The position numbers and the translations under genes are program-made. The notes below the pieces were generated by a model. That model saw nothing but the letters and a program-made list of their open reading frames with translations. It had not been told where the DNA came from and did no database searches. Of a stretch of DNA of 64,000 nt, positions 34,840 to 46,417 are shown one piece after another. Position 1 is the stretch's first letter. Every line of letters begins with the position of its first letter. Source of the DNA: a virus. The stretch spans positions 1 to 64,000 of IMG/VR virus record IMGVR_UViG_3300025162_000016, one strand, 5' to 3'.

Positions 34840-37800
34840 ATGGCAATTCCATTTCCATTCGTCACATCTAATCCTGAAAATATTAACACTGGTTCGTATT
34901 TGAACCAGAAGGAAACAACTAATTTTGTTTCTAATTTCTTACCGGACTTATGGTATGGTTTTTCAGAGGAGGATGTAATTGAGGTTTCTGTGTTTGATCT
35001 TGATCAGAATCCAATTGGATGGAAGACCATAAACACGGATAAGAATTATCGAACAGTTACGTTATCTTATCTTAATACGCTAGATCAAACCATTACTTAT
35101 TCCTATAAAGAACTTTTAACAGATTTTACTTTATATAAAACCGAGGAAATTCTTGTTAATCCAATCGAACAATTTTCTTCGTCTTTTGGTATTATATCTG
35201 GTAGTTATTTGGCAACTTATAATTTTGTTCGGGAAATGGCGGGGAATTCCTTAACGCCGCTTGTCGTAAAAGACATTTCTCCATCAAGAAAAGAAGTTAA
35301 ACTGGTTCCTCTTTTTAATAATACGGCGAGATACCAAGCATTTTGCACCAAAAAACTTCAAGTTAAAGAGGTTGCACCTTTATTATTAAGATTAACTAAT
35401 CAATGTCCATATGATCAGATATATTCGAGAATTAAAGATAAATATACCAGCCAGATAATATTTCTAAAAAATTTATTATATCTTCAGACCGACGGAGAGT
35501 TCGTGTCGTTTTTAAAAACAATATATGAAGATGTGATAATTTATACATCACCTTCTGATATAACTCAACCACAAGAACGACTCAAAAGAACACAAGGAAT
35601 TCGAAATTACTATCAGAATTATCTTCTATCTAATTATGAAACTATTACGGATTTTATTGAAATAGACAATTCTTATGATTCTTTTGCAACTCATAGAATA
35701 GAGCAACAATTTAAACCTTATGGTTTACAACTTGGTAAAGATTTTATAGATGCAAAACAATTTTTGATCGATTTCTTTACTACCGAATTTTATCATCCTA
35801 TTACGGTAAGCACCAAAGCATCATTTGATGACAAGTACTATTCGCTTTTCAAAAATGCTTTAAATCTAGGTAATAATACCACGTTCATTATTCTTGATCA
35901 TGCATACATGGATGAACGAATTACGCTTTCCGATCCACTTACACTTTTAGTTAAACTCAAAGAAGAACTGCCCGATGATGTTAAAATTCAAAGCCAGTGC
36001 TGGGTTAGTAATATTAGTCTTGCTCCTTTTGTTGTCAATATCATCTTCAAGCAGATGGGGTCTACAAAAACGATTAAAATATCGTCACCTAATTTTACAT
36101 TGGAGTCGGATACAATAAGTTTATACAACGTCAATACTTCATATACGGCGAATGAACTTGTTACTCAACCGGCAGGACAACAAAATATCGATATTAGTAA
36201 AAAAATAAACGAACTTTCCGTTGATTATTCAGATTTCTCAAATTTCGTGATATTTTCATCTGCCAATCAACGGACAGCCAATTTCAAAACAAAAGTAATA
36301 TCGTGGTATCAGTTAAGTTCTTCTTTGATGAGTCTCAACACAATTGCGGCTCAATCAACGCTATCAGGGTCGGCATATCCATATTATTCTACAGAGCGAG
36401 ATACCGTTGAAGGTCAAATGAATGAAATTGTTAATTCATTTGATGGATATGAATCCTATTTGTTTAGAAGTGGTTCATATGAATACAATCCAATTACACG
36501 CAAATTTGTAAATGCCTCTTATGTTTCCGATAAAGATACAGATGCGGCATATTATGATAAATCGAATCGAGATAGTCTGATAAGTAATACTCCGGACCAT
36601 ATTGTTTTAGATAGTGATAATGATGAATATTTAATTTTCTTAAATATGATAGGTCATTTCTTTGATAATATCTATTTGTATATTACCAATCTTCCATCTG
36701 AAAAATTTGTCGTTAATGATCCTACCAAAACATTTTCTAAAAAAGTTATAGATTATATGTTGGATTCGTTCGGATGGAAATTGGGATCTACTTATGAAGA
36801 TTTATCGACGATAGATACTTATACAACGTCAGCGATATCATTGATATCCGCCGAAGATAGAACCAAAGCAATTCGGACCCGAATTCTTACTACCCTTCCT
36901 CAAATATATAAAACGACGGGAACAGAAGAAGCCATAAAATTGTTATTAGCATGTCATGGTATTCCTTCAGATTTATTACAGATTCGAGAATATGGGGGAT
37001 ATGATTATTATACGGGATCAATGGTCACCTACACCAAACGGGAACGGGCATGTATGTTTGGGATTTCGGGGTCCGGCGCAACCATAAATCAGGTATATGA
37101 GCCAAGACCAAATGTTCGAACGGCAGAATTTAAACTAACAATTAATTCTCCGGAGATTTATCCCGAAACAAAAAGATATAGAATTGTTGATTCTAAAGTT
37201 ATTTATTCGGTTAATTGGGGTGGATATCCTGATTCGTTTTTCCCAAATTGGGAAATAGGATTTTGGCGGGAATATGGAAAAATGGGGCGTATTTATGCTT
37301 CTCTTCCAACTCGTTTAAGTTCTTATTCCGGAAAAGATGTTATAGGGTATGGCAATCCAAGGATTTTTTTAACTAGTAGTTTGTTTCCGCTCTTCGATGG
37401 CGACATTTTTAATATCCGACTTCGAAGAAATAATCCAGATCCATATTTTCAATATACGGCAGATGAAGAACTGGTAACAACTCAATATGATTTAACCGTT
37501 CAAAGAAATGAATCGGGAAGAGTTGTTTTCAGAAGTATTGATTCCAAATTGGGATTATTCGAAGATAATATGATTTGGGATGGTATTTCTACTTTTGATC
37601 CTCCATCAACCGTCGGAAGTTTAGGAACTACTAATACGGCTTCAATCAATTGGGGAATACAAGGTAGCAAGGTTGATTTCGCATTCGGAAATGCAATGAT
37701 ATGGGATGTTCCTATCTCCGATACCGATTTTGACATTCATTGTAATGATTATAGCTCGTTTGCATATAGTGGATCAGAGGGAATGATACATCTAATTGCC

Positions 37801-39657
37801 CGAATGGATGCCGATGAAGCAACAAATTTTCTTACTATTTCTTCATCTTATCTTTATCAGACTCCTACGGGAAGTTCAACTTATGGATTTGGTATTGGAA
37901 CTATTTCAAACAAATCAGAATATTATCCCACTTTTATAGATAAGTACGGGGCGTATGTGTTATCATCAAGTTATATGGGGAGTAACATGTCTCTTTATAA
38001 TAAACCCATTATCCCAATTGGATTTTATTATAGTTCTCAAAACTATTTTCCTTTAAATCCAAATATAGTACAGACAACATATTGCCCTAACTTAACGACA
38101 TCGCTCGTTGCTCCTAAATATCCATACGAATACGTGGTAAAAGATATTGAGAAAATATATACAACTCCTTTCTATGGTCCTAATCGGTTTAAAAATGAAA
38201 AAGTAAACAAAAAAGAGCAAGAAATATCTGCCCGGCTGGATGATAAAGATCGTTCAACCTTTGACTCGGGAATGGGAAGTCAAACGGATTCTAATTTACT
38301 CGGATTATATCTCGATCCTCAAGATGCTAAAAATCGAGATATAATTAAATATCTCGGAAATCAAAACCTAATGGAATTGATTGCGGACCCTTCGGATATG
38401 TATTCGTCCTCCTATTCTAACTTAACTGCTCTAAATCGGGAGTATAATTCATTCGGGGATAGGCGGGTATTATATAATGAACTTATTACGCTTTATAAAA
38501 TCTATTTTAATCGATCGATATTCGATACCGTAAAAAATATTGTTCCCGCCCGATCTGCGGTTAGAACGGGTATTTTAATTGAGCCAACCGTATTAGAACG
38601 TTCAAAATATCAATATCAACCTATTTTTTCTGAATCCAATACAGGGTCGGTTGCTTATTTTGATGTTACCGCCAGCCATTATTGGAGAGATCCTATTACT
38701 AAACTATTAAAATTTTCGGGGTCGGTTGGAAATACCAGTAACGGAAAATTAGAAATTCTATATGGGGAATTTAATATTGCGGGCGTTAGTTCTTCAAGTT
38801 TAGATATGTCCACTCTCCCGGTTAATCCGCATTTCGATGTTGATATATCATATATTAACGAAGCTAATTTTAATTATCCTATTAATTATGGCGGAGGATA
38901 TATTACCGATTTAGCGGACGAATTTCAAATGGGAAATTATGGAAGTCTTGGGAATGAATGGGGATATTCCGATGCTATAGGAGTCACTCCTCAAGGAAAA
39001 TTAGAAACACATACACATCCATCTGGCAGTGAAAGAACGTTCATAGTAAAAAAATGGGATAAATACACCATTTATGCTAAAACGGGTCCATATGTCAAAA
39101 CTTCCAACAAATTTGCAGATTTATATACGTCTAGCTCTATTTGGCTGTATTCGCTAGTAGGTATGACTCCCACCGGATATAATAATTTATTCTATACTTC
39201 TAGTAAGAATGAATTATCAGGGTCAGTGTGGGATTTAACTCCTACCAGAAATTGTGATGACGATGGATACTGTTATTATCAACACTATGCAAATACGGCA
39301 AAAAAGACCCCAAATCAACGAATAAATACCATCAAAGCCACGGATATGCATATAGGACCAATAGTATATGCGATAACACCGTATTATGATATAGCGCAAG
39401 ATACATATTTTGAAGTTTTTGGAGGATATCCTAGAAATCACTATACTCATAAGAGAATGCAATTCTCCCCATTGAAAATGCAAACAATTAGCGGCAAAGC
39501 AACCGACCAAACTTATCAGATTTATGTTCGGTCGAGACAGACGGTAGAAACAACAATAGACGATAAATCAGGAATTGGGGATGCTTCGCTCCCAGTTCAG
39601 ACAATTCAAACCAGCAATATTAATTTGATTAAGAGTAACAACGTCATTAATATGTGA
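34840..39657 (+). CDS. Giant virion structural protein (1605 aa)
   Basis: Long uninterrupted ORF in the tail/baseplate module. Confidence 0.5.
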   Translation: MAIPFPFVTSNPENINTGSYLNQKETTNFVSNFLPDLWYGFSEEDVIEVSVFDLDQNPIGWKTINTDKNYRTVTLSYLNTLDQTITYSYKELLTDFTLYKTEEILVNPIEQFSSSFGIISGSYLATYNFVREMAGNSLTPLVVKDISPSRKEVKLVPLFNNTARYQAFCTKKLQVKEVAPLLLRLTNQCPYDQIYSRIKDKYTSQIIFLKNLLYLQTDGEFVSFLKTIYEDVIIYTSPSDITQPQERLKRTQGIRNYYQNYLLSNYETITDFIEIDNSYDSFATHRIEQQFKPYGLQLGKDFIDAKQFLIDFFTTEFYHPITVSTKASFDDKYYSLFKNALNLGNNTTFIILDHAYMDERITLSDPLTLLVKLKEELPDDVKIQSQCWVSNISLAPFVVNIIFKQMGSTKTIKISSPNFTLESDTISLYNVNTSYTANELVTQPAGQQNIDISKKINELSVDYSDFSNFVIFSSANQRTANFKTKVISWYQLSSSLMSLNTIAAQSTLSGSAYPYYSTERDTVEGQMNEIVNSFDGYESYLFRSGSYEYNPITRKFVNASYVSDKDTDAAYYDKSNRDSLISNTPDHIVLDSDNDEYLIFLNMIGHFFDNIYLYITNLPSEKFVVNDPTKTFSKKVIDYMLDSFGWKLGSTYEDLSTIDTYTTSAISLISAEDRTKAIRTRILTTLPQIYKTTGTEEAIKLLLACHGIPSDLLQIREYGGYDYYTGSMVTYTKRERACMFGISGSGATINQVYEPRPNVRTAEFKLTINSPEIYPETKRYRIVDSKVIYSVNWGGYPDSFFPNWEIGFWREYGKMGRIYASLPTRLSSYSGKDVIGYGNPRIFLTSSLFPLFDGDIFNIRLRRNNPDPYFQYTADEELVTTQYDLTVQRNESGRVVFRSIDSKLGLFEDNMIWDGISTFDPPSTVGSLGTTNTASINWGIQGSKVDFAFGNAMIWDVPISDTDFDIHCNDYSSFAYSGSEGMIHLIARMDADEATNFLTISSSYLYQTPTGSSTYGFGIGTISNKSEYYPTFIDKYGAYVLSSSYMGSNMSLYNKPIIPIGFYYSSQNYFPLNPNIVQTTYCPNLTTSLVAPKYPYEYVVKDIEKIYTTPFYGPNRFKNEKVNKKEQEISARLDDKDRSTFDSGMGSQTDSNLLGLYLDPQDAKNRDIIKYLGNQNLMELIADPSDMYSSSYSNLTALNREYNSFGDRRVLYNELITLYKIYFNRSIFDTVKNIVPARSAVRTGILIEPTVLERSKYQYQPIFSESNTGSVAYFDVTASHYWRDPITKLLKFSGSVGNTSNGKLEILYGEFNIAGVSSSSLDMSTLPVNPHFDVDISYINEANFNYPINYGGGYITDLADEFQMGNYGSLGNEWGYSDAIGVTPQGKLETHTHPSGSERTFIVKKWDKYTIYAKTGPYVKTSNKFADLYTSSSIWLYSLVGMTPTGYNNLFYTSSKNELSGSVWDLTPTRNCDDDGYCYYQHYANTAKKTPNQRINTIKATDMHIGPIVYAITPYYDIAQDTYFEVFGGYPRNHYTHKRMQFSPLKMQTISGKATDQTYQIYVRSRQTVETTIDDKSGIGDASLPVQTIQTSNINLIKSNNVINM

Positions 39658-39717
39658 AAAAAGAGGTTCCGAGTAATACTTATAACAAGAGACTAATAAA
39701 GAATAGGAATATAATAT

Positions 39718-40359
39718 ATGGGATATAACGATAATCAAACGGTGACAATAGATGCAATTCTAACTAAAAAAGGGAGAGAATTATTGGCAAAAAATGGAAA
39801 CCTTAACATAACTAGTTTTGCGTTGGCAGATGATGAAATTGATTACTCCCTTTATCAGCCAAATCATCCAAATGGGAGTGCATTTTATGATATTGCACTG
39901 AGAAATATTCCAATATTTGAGCCGTTTACGGATGAAACACAAGTTATGAAATACAAATTAGTTACATTAAATCAAGGAGTGACGTCTATTCCTGTTATTA
40001 CGATTGCCCAAGACAAAATTAGTGTCAATCGAGATTTTACTGGTCAGATTCTTATTTCTCCTTCTACTAATCCCGCCTATAATTTAACCGCCGGATATAC
40101 CGCTATTTTGGGAAATAAAAACGTAGGAATTATTGTAGTTCAAACAAATAATTCTCTTAATTCGGTCTCAAATACAGTGCCAACATTTGCAGGCGATATT
40201 AATACCGCAAGTTCTCAGGTGGTTGTGGGAATGACATTTTTATTCGTTCCTAATTCTCAATTAGGAAGAACAACCACAACGGATTTAACGATTGTTGGAA
40301 ATGAATCGGGGGGAAGCACAAGCATCGAAGTAACTGTTATTGTTCCTACTACAAGTTAA
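39718..40359 (+). CDS. Structural protein candidate
   Basis: ORF only, synteny. Confidence 0.4.
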   Translation: MGYNDNQTVTIDAILTKKGRELLAKNGNLNITSFALADDEIDYSLYQPNHPNGSAFYDIALRNIPIFEPFTDETQVMKYKLVTLNQGVTSIPVITIAQDKISVNRDFTGQILISPSTNPAYNLTAGYTAILGNKNVGIIVVQTNNSLNSVSNTVPTFAGDINTASSQVVVGMTFLFVPNSQLGRTTTTDLTIVGNESGGSTSIEVTVIVPTTS

Positions 40360-40368
40360 AATTGATTT

Positions 40369-41508
40369 ATGATATTCAACACTTTTCAAGATACGGATAT
40401 TGTCACCGGACGAACAACTCGGGTAGCCAGCGGATTTTGGCCAGGCGGCGTGACTAATTGGAGCCAAAGTTTATTTGTGGACGATTTATGGGACTTAACC
40501 GGATCAATTGCTACACCCTCGCCTGCGTACGGGACGTCTCTTTATGATGTTCGGCGAACCATGTATTATGTGAATGTGTTTCCAAATGCGACATATCATG
40601 AACAACACGATCCTTATTTTTCTGCTACATATGGACATATTGCTGGGAGCGGTTCATTTAATATTGAAACTTCGAGTATTTTAGTAAATCCGACTAAAGC
40701 AATTTATACACAATATAAAAATCTGCTTTTGGGAACCGGAGACGTAGATGGAAAATTTAGTTTTAAAATCGGAAGTGCGGGAGGAACTACTAATGCAAAT
40801 GATATATTTGTTTTAACTTTTTCAACCTATAAAATGAAAGATCGGTTAGACGAAGGGATTTTTCAAATTTCATTTTCCGGCTCATATGGATGTAAAACTT
40901 ATATAGATGATTCTATAACTGACACTCAAGTAAAAACGGTATATAATTTAATCTCAGGATCATTAGAATCAGGTGTTGCTCCAAATGCAACATATGATGG
41001 AGTTGGATTATTTTATCCGAATAATGGTATGTTAGTTATTAATGCTCAAAAGTTAGATGATATAATTGGAATGCAGGCGTCAACTACTGTAAATTATAAT
41101 TCCGATGGTGGTGGAAAATATTATTATTCCAGTGCGTCTTTTTCAACCGATTATAGTCAAAATTCTAAAGTTATCGTGGAGGCGATTAAAGCGGCAGGAT
41201 CGAATACCTCGATTCAAATGAAAATACGAAAATCCGAATATGTTCCGGCAAGACATTATTTTATTCGCATTAAAAATAGAGACTTTAATTATAGCAACAA
41301 TCCGACATATGTTTACGATGGGACCGATGGAAACCATGCCAATGGAACTATTCGTAATAGCGATTTTGTAGACAATCCAAGAACTTATCTGACGACAATC
41401 GGATTATATAATAGTGATAATGAATTAGTAGCTGTTGCAAAATTAAGTCGCCCCGCCGTAAAAACTTTCGATAATGAAATCTTGTGCAAAGTTCGAATTG
41501 ATACGTGA
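40369..41508 (+). CDS. Structural protein with C-terminal TIGLY...LVAVAKL module
   Basis: C-terminus TTIGLYNSDNELVAVAKLSRPAVK is homologous to the C-terminus of the 47854 ORF. Confidence 0.45.
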   Translation: MIFNTFQDTDIVTGRTTRVASGFWPGGVTNWSQSLFVDDLWDLTGSIATPSPAYGTSLYDVRRTMYYVNVFPNATYHEQHDPYFSATYGHIAGSGSFNIETSSILVNPTKAIYTQYKNLLLGTGDVDGKFSFKIGSAGGTTNANDIFVLTFSTYKMKDRLDEGIFQISFSGSYGCKTYIDDSITDTQVKTVYNLISGSLESGVAPNATYDGVGLFYPNNGMLVINAQKLDDIIGMQASTTVNYNSDGGGKYYYSSASFSTDYSQNSKVIVEAIKAAGSNTSIQMKIRKSEYVPARHYFIRIKNRDFNYSNNPTYVYDGTDGNHANGTIRNSDFVDNPRTYLTTIGLYNSDNELVAVAKLSRPAVKTFDNEILCKVRIDT

Positions 41509-41592
41509 CAATGAGCCATTAATTAAACTGAGAGCCGATAGTGTTTTGGAAAATGTCATTGATCAATTTTAGATTGATACTTATATTTAACA

Positions 41593-42912
41593 ATGTTAAA
41601 GCAAATTCAACGCAATAATTTTCTTACGGTGCCATTTGTTGCTTCTAAAAAATGGAATTTACGTAATATTGATAATGAGGCTTTAGCTGTTATTGATGAT
41701 GAATACATTGCATTAGAATATGTAGATTATTATGGCAATCCTCTTCTTAATCGTGATTGTAACATAACGCTTGAACAGCAACGTAATAATAATGTTATTT
41801 TTGAAATAGGTAGAAAATCTACCGGAATTTTTTATCCAGATCAGGAAGAAAAAAATGATACTGGAACTTATATTCGACTGGTATATGATCAGACAAAATT
41901 AGCTTTTTATAATGAATATAAGAATCCTTTGAAAATTTTTGGGGTGGAGAATATTGATTTTGGTAATAGTAGAATGTTTCGATATATTGCAGATGAGTTT
42001 CGAATGTTTACTCTTCCAAAAGCATTTTTTGGAGATTCTATTAAAAAGAAAAGCGTATCCTTTATGGATAATGCATTGGATGATTATGTTCAAATAAATG
42101 ATGATGGATATGGAAATTTGATAGCTACAAAAAATCTTTTTTCTAAAATTCAAGAGGTTAGAAAGTTTTCAAATGCTTATAAAGAAGGAGATGCCGCAAA
42201 TGAATGTCCCCCAGTTGTGATTCCTACAACCACTACGACTACATCTACCACGTCTACTACATCTACGACTACTGCACCGACAACAACTACTACGACTACT
42301 ACAACTACTGAAGCTCCTCCACCAACAACTACTACAACAACCAGCACAACTAGCACTACCAGTACTACAAGCACAACATCAACAACCAGTACAACTACTG
42401 AAGCTCCTCCTCCACCAACAACAACAACTACTACGACTACTACAACTACTGAAGCTCCTCCTCCTCCAACAACAACAACTACTACGACTACTACAACTAC
42501 TGAAGCTCCTCCACCAACAACTACTACTACGACTACTACAACTACCGAAGCTCCTCCACCAACAACTACCACTACCACTACGACAACTAGTACCACATCA
42601 ACGACAACAGCGCCTCCTACATGTCCTGAATGTTCCACTTACTCCGCTACAACAGTATATTGTCCGAATACTGTTTTGTTATTCTCAACACAGGCTCAGT
42701 TCTGTCAAGATTTAAAAGATGCTTGGGGATTCGGAAGCGGTCATTCTGTTTTTATTTGGAAACCAATATATGATGGTATTAATGGAGCAACGGTTATTTC
42801 TAATCTTGCTACATTATGTGGAATGACGTTTACCCAAACATCCACTACATTGGGGAATACAACTTGTGAAATAACTCCTCCCGAAACAGAGTTTCGGTTT
42901 ACTGTGCCGTAA
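41593..42912 (+). CDS. Mucin-like Thr/Pro-rich protein with Cys-containing C-terminal domain
   Basis: About 130 aa of T/S runs punctuated by EAPPP(P). Confidence 0.55.
   Translation: MLKQIQRNNFLTVPFVASKKWNLRNIDNEALAVIDDEYIALEYVDYYGNPLLNRDCNITLEQQRNNNVIFEIGRKSTGIFYPDQEEKNDTGTYIRLVYDQTKLAFYNEYKNPLKIFGVENIDFGNSRMFRYIADEFRMFTLPKAFFGDSIKKKSVSFMDNALDDYVQINDDGYGNLIATKNLFSKIQEVRKFSNAYKEGDAANECPPVVIPTTTTTTSTTSTTSTTTAPTTTTTTTTTTEAPPPTTTTTTSTTSTTSTTSTTSTTSTTTEAPPPPTTTTTTTTTTTEAPPPPTTTTTTTTTTTEAPPPTTTTTTTTTTEAPPPTTTTTTTTTSTTSTTTAPPTCPECSTYSATTVYCPNTVLLFSTQAQFCQDLKDAWGFGSGHSVFIWKPIYDGINGATVISNLATLCGMTFTQTSTTLGNTTCEITPPETEFRFTVP
42225..42617. repeat. Tandem/low-complexity coding repeats (ACT/ACA/ACG runs with GAAGCTCCTCC punctuation)
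   Basis: Five GAAGCTCCTCC(N)CCA units at roughly 50-100 bp spacing. Confidence 0.85.
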
Positions 42913-42921
42913 TAAAATAAT

Positions 42922-45165
42922 ATGTTATCTGTTATAATTCCCTGTTGGAGAGATAATTCCAATTTAATTAATACTTTACAATCGATGTATTCAACTTCCA
43001 CATCGGAATTTGAATGTATTATTGTGGACGATGCCTCTCCTATTCCTGTCATTATTCCAAATGAGTATAAAAATAAATTACGACTGATAAGAAATAATAA
43101 ACAACTTGGTTGTGGTAGATCCAGAACATTAGCCGCTAAATTAGCTACTCAGAAATATTTATTTACCATTGACAGTCATACAGACTTCGAACAGGGGTGG
43201 GATGATGTTATAAAAAAGAACTTAAAATTTGTAGATAATAATACTATTATTTATTTTCCTCTTAAAATTAGTAATACTTGGGATCGTAATTTATACGATT
43301 TTTGCGATATACGTTATGGAAGTTTAGCTTATCTATATAATCCCCGAAATAAAAACTTTTTAGGCGTAGAACAAATAGTCAATACAAAAATTGAACCTAA
43401 TTGTTTACATGCATCATATGTTATTAAACGAGATTATTTTTTATATTTAAAGGGTTTACTTGATGTAAAATATTGGGGTTCCGATGAATTAATATTAACT
43501 ATTAAAATATTAATGACAGGAGGAAACATAAAACTAATTCAAGATGTTATATTAACACACGTTGATTTACGGAGTGGAATGCACATTAGAAACTTGTATT
43601 ATATCTATTATAATATTCTACGAATTGCAAAAACACTAATGAGCGTAGAAGAGTATAATGAGTTTTTGAGTTTCATAGATAAAACTCAAATACCCGTTCA
43701 ATCATTTAAATTCTTAGATGATGATGTAGAAGAAATAGAAGAATTTAAAAAGTATTATAAAGAGATTTTTATTCACGATTTTTCTTGGTTAAAAGAAAAA
43801 TTAAATTTTGATTTATCCGACAAAAATAATCCTTTACATTACAATGCATTATTAAATCGAGATACTATAAATAAACGATTAGAAAATCAAAAATTAATAC
43901 ACAAAGAATGGCCTGTAGTCAAAAATACATGGGAAAAGGCAGACGCATTTATAAACTCGGTAGCAAGCCGAGGAATTTTATCGACAACGATGAATTTAAT
44001 TGGGATAGATAATAATTCCGGAGAAAAAGTATCGGAAGAAATTTATACTATAAGGCATAATTCTTGTTTTGGAATAACCGGTTCTAACCAATGTTCTCAA
44101 CTTAAATATGCGGAGAACTTTGGTCATTATTGCGGAGCGTGTGGATGTGGGCAAACAAAATTAGCTAAATTGGATGGAGATGGATATAGATATACAAAAC
44201 TTCATTATCCGTATCTTGAATGTCCATTAAAAAAACATGGATTTTCTAATTATATTGAAAAAAAATCAATTCTTTCAATTATTATAACTTGTTGTAATGA
44301 AAAAAAAGAGTATCTTAATAGAACAATTGATTCTATAAGAAAAACCGCTGGGAATGAACCAGAAATAATTATCATTGACGATGCTTCTATTATTCCTATT
44401 GAAAGCAATGAAAGAGTAATACGAAACGATGTTAGAATTGGGGTAGGAAGATCGAGACATAAAGGGGCTATAGCGGCTTCCAATCAATATTTACTCATTA
44501 CAGATGGTCATATGATTTTCGATAATGGGTGGTATGAAAATTTCATTGAACGGGCAAAGACAGCCAAACTAAATGACATGTTCTGTGGAACCTGTTTGGG
44601 ATTAGACGAAAAAGACAAAGATTTATCCGCCCATAAAGGAGCATACCACGGAGCAAGAATAGAGCTTTACAACGAAAAAGAAAATCAAATATTAGAAGGA
44701 AAATGGATACCCGAAAAAAGTGAAATGGAATATGAAATATCTTGCTTAATGGGAGCGTTATATTTTGTCAGGAAAGACTGGTTTTTAAAGATTCGTGGAT
44801 TATCCGATATTAAAATGTGGGGATCGGATGAGCCGTTTCTAAGTCTGAAAACACTATTATGCGGCGGACATATTTTTTTGCTAAAAAATGTGAGAGCGGG
44901 ACATGTTTTTAGAGATAGTGCGCCATACACTACAGGAGTAGAATATTTGGTCTATAATAAAATTAGAATGGCAAAAACATTATTACCGGATGAATTGGCT
45001 AATAAACTTATAGATAAATTACCGAAGGATGGTAATTTTAATGCAGCAATGAAAATGTGCGAATTGGAGAAAACTGAAATTGAAGAATATAAAACATATT
45101 ATAAATCTATTTTTATAAAAGATTTTTATGAATTTTGTAAAGAATACGATATAAAATTATTATGA
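42922..45165 (+). CDS. Protein with two tandem ppGalNAc-transferase-like (GT2/GT27-type, DxH) catalytic domains
   Basis: Domain 1: SVIIPCW...IIVDDAS...TIDSHTDF...KYWGSDELILTIKILMTGG. Domain 2: SIIITCC...IIIDDAS...ITDGHMIF...KMWGSDEPFLSLKTLLCGG. Confidence 0.6.
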   Translation: MLSVIIPCWRDNSNLINTLQSMYSTSTSEFECIIVDDASPIPVIIPNEYKNKLRLIRNNKQLGCGRSRTLAAKLATQKYLFTIDSHTDFEQGWDDVIKKNLKFVDNNTIIYFPLKISNTWDRNLYDFCDIRYGSLAYLYNPRNKNFLGVEQIVNTKIEPNCLHASYVIKRDYFLYLKGLLDVKYWGSDELILTIKILMTGGNIKLIQDVILTHVDLRSGMHIRNLYYIYYNILRIAKTLMSVEEYNEFLSFIDKTQIPVQSFKFLDDDVEEIEEFKKYYKEIFIHDFSWLKEKLNFDLSDKNNPLHYNALLNRDTINKRLENQKLIHKEWPVVKNTWEKADAFINSVASRGILSTTMNLIGIDNNSGEKVSEEIYTIRHNSCFGITGSNQCSQLKYAENFGHYCGACGCGQTKLAKLDGDGYRYTKLHYPYLECPLKKHGFSNYIEKKSILSIIITCCNEKKEYLNRTIDSIRKTAGNEPEIIIIDDASIIPIESNERVIRNDVRIGVGRSRHKGAIAASNQYLLITDGHMIFDNGWYENFIERAKTAKLNDMFCGTCLGLDEKDKDLSAHKGAYHGARIELYNEKENQILEGKWIPEKSEMEYEISCLMGALYFVRKDWFLKIRGLSDIKMWGSDEPFLSLKTLLCGGHIFLLKNVRAGHVFRDSAPYTTGVEYLVYNKIRMAKTLLPDELANKLIDKLPKDGNFNAAMKMCELEKTEIEEYKTYYKSIFIKDFYEFCKEYDIKLL

Positions 45166-45752
45166 ATGATATAGTAGAAAATATAATTAAAGAAAAACCA
45201 GAATCAATTCACAAATTAATACCATCTGAATTTTTTACGAAGTATGATTCGTATGACTATGTGTGGAGTGGAAATTGTTTTGAATGGTATTATGCCATTA
45301 GCAAAGTGATACAACCAAAAACATTTATGGAAATCGGGGTCAGATTCGCATTTAGTTTTTTACCATCTATGATTGGCGGAGATAAACTTGAATATGCTCT
45401 TGGTTGGGATTTAGAAACGTATGGAAACAATACAATAGCAATTGACAATCTTACAAAATATTATCACGGATCATCTAAATGGGAAATATTACATGTAGAT
45501 TCACAACTACAATCGGAACTTCCTCAATTTTTTGATTTAGTAAGTATTGATGGTTGTCATGAATATGATGGAAAAATTCACGATTTAAAAATGGCAATGA
45601 ATAATTCTAGATATGTTATATTAGATGATTATGATTATCATTCCGATGTTCGTAGAGCAACAGACTTCTTCTTAAAAGAATATAGAGATAGAATTGAATG
45701 GAATGAATATATAAAAACATTTAGAGGAAGTCAACTTATAAAATTTAAATGA
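45162..45752 (+). CDS. Possible class-I methyltransferase-fold protein
   Basis: FMEIGV... and LVSIDGCHEYDG...VILDDYD pattern. Weak. Confidence 0.3.
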   Translation: MNDIVENIIKEKPESIHKLIPSEFFTKYDSYDYVWSGNCFEWYYAISKVIQPKTFMEIGVRFAFSFLPSMIGGDKLEYALGWDLETYGNNTIAIDNLTKYYHGSSKWEILHVDSQLQSELPQFFDLVSIDGCHEYDGKIHDLKMAMNNSRYVILDDYDYHSDVRRATDFFLKEYRDRIEWNEYIKTFRGSQLIKFK

Positions 45753-46417
45753 AATATTTAGACTTTTTTGAAGATGTATATTATATCAATTTAGATTATA
45801 GAATTGATAGGAAAATACTATTTGAAAAAAGAGCATCTGATGTAGGAATTATTCCTAATAGATTTTCAGCAATACAACCAACTGAAATAGAATGTCAATC
45901 GATTACTCCTTTTAAAGAAATAAGAAGATTTAAAGTTGGATGTACAATGTCTCATCAGGCAGTAGTTAAAATAGCTAAAGAAAAAAATTTTTCAAATGTT
46001 TTAATATTTGAAGATGATTGTCTATTTTTGGAAGGATTTCAATCAAAAGCTCAATTATGTGTTAATGAATTAAAAAATTTACATTGGGATATTATATATT
46101 TTGGTGGAGAACCTAATAATCAATGTGTAGATATATCAGATAATTTGGTAAAAATAGAAAATGGCGGAGTTTATTGTTGTCATGCTTATGCTGTTAATAA
46201 TACATTTTATGATAAAATACTAAATGTAAATCCTCATCAGATAGATGTTATAGATATATTTATTTTAAACTATGAATGTTCACGAAGAATATATCTTTTA
46301 AGTAGAGATTTACTAGCTGTTCAAGATGGAATTTTTTCAGATTTAAAACAAGGATTAAATGAAGCTGCAGCTTCTTATATGAAAAAAGGGTGGGATAAAT
46401 ACGTTAATAAAAAATAA
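45749..46417 (+). CDS. Glycosyltransferase family 25-like
   Basis: VYYINLDYRIDR...GCTMSHQAVVKIA...VLIFEDDC. Confidence 0.55.
   Translation: MKYLDFFEDVYYINLDYRIDRKILFEKRASDVGIIPNRFSAIQPTEIECQSITPFKEIRRFKVGCTMSHQAVVKIAKEKNFSNVLIFEDDCLFLEGFQSKAQLCVNELKNLHWDIIYFGGEPNNQCVDISDNLVKIENGGVYCCHAYAVNNTFYDKILNVNPHQIDVIDIFILNYECSRRIYLLSRDLLAVQDGIFSDLKQGLNEAAASYMKKGWDKYVNKK

Noticed and set aside
42177-42638. 153-aa minus-strand ORF made of Val/Gly runs
   Set aside because: It is the antisense reading of the Thr/Pro-rich repeat of the 41593 gene. Low-complexity mirror ORFs like this are artefacts.
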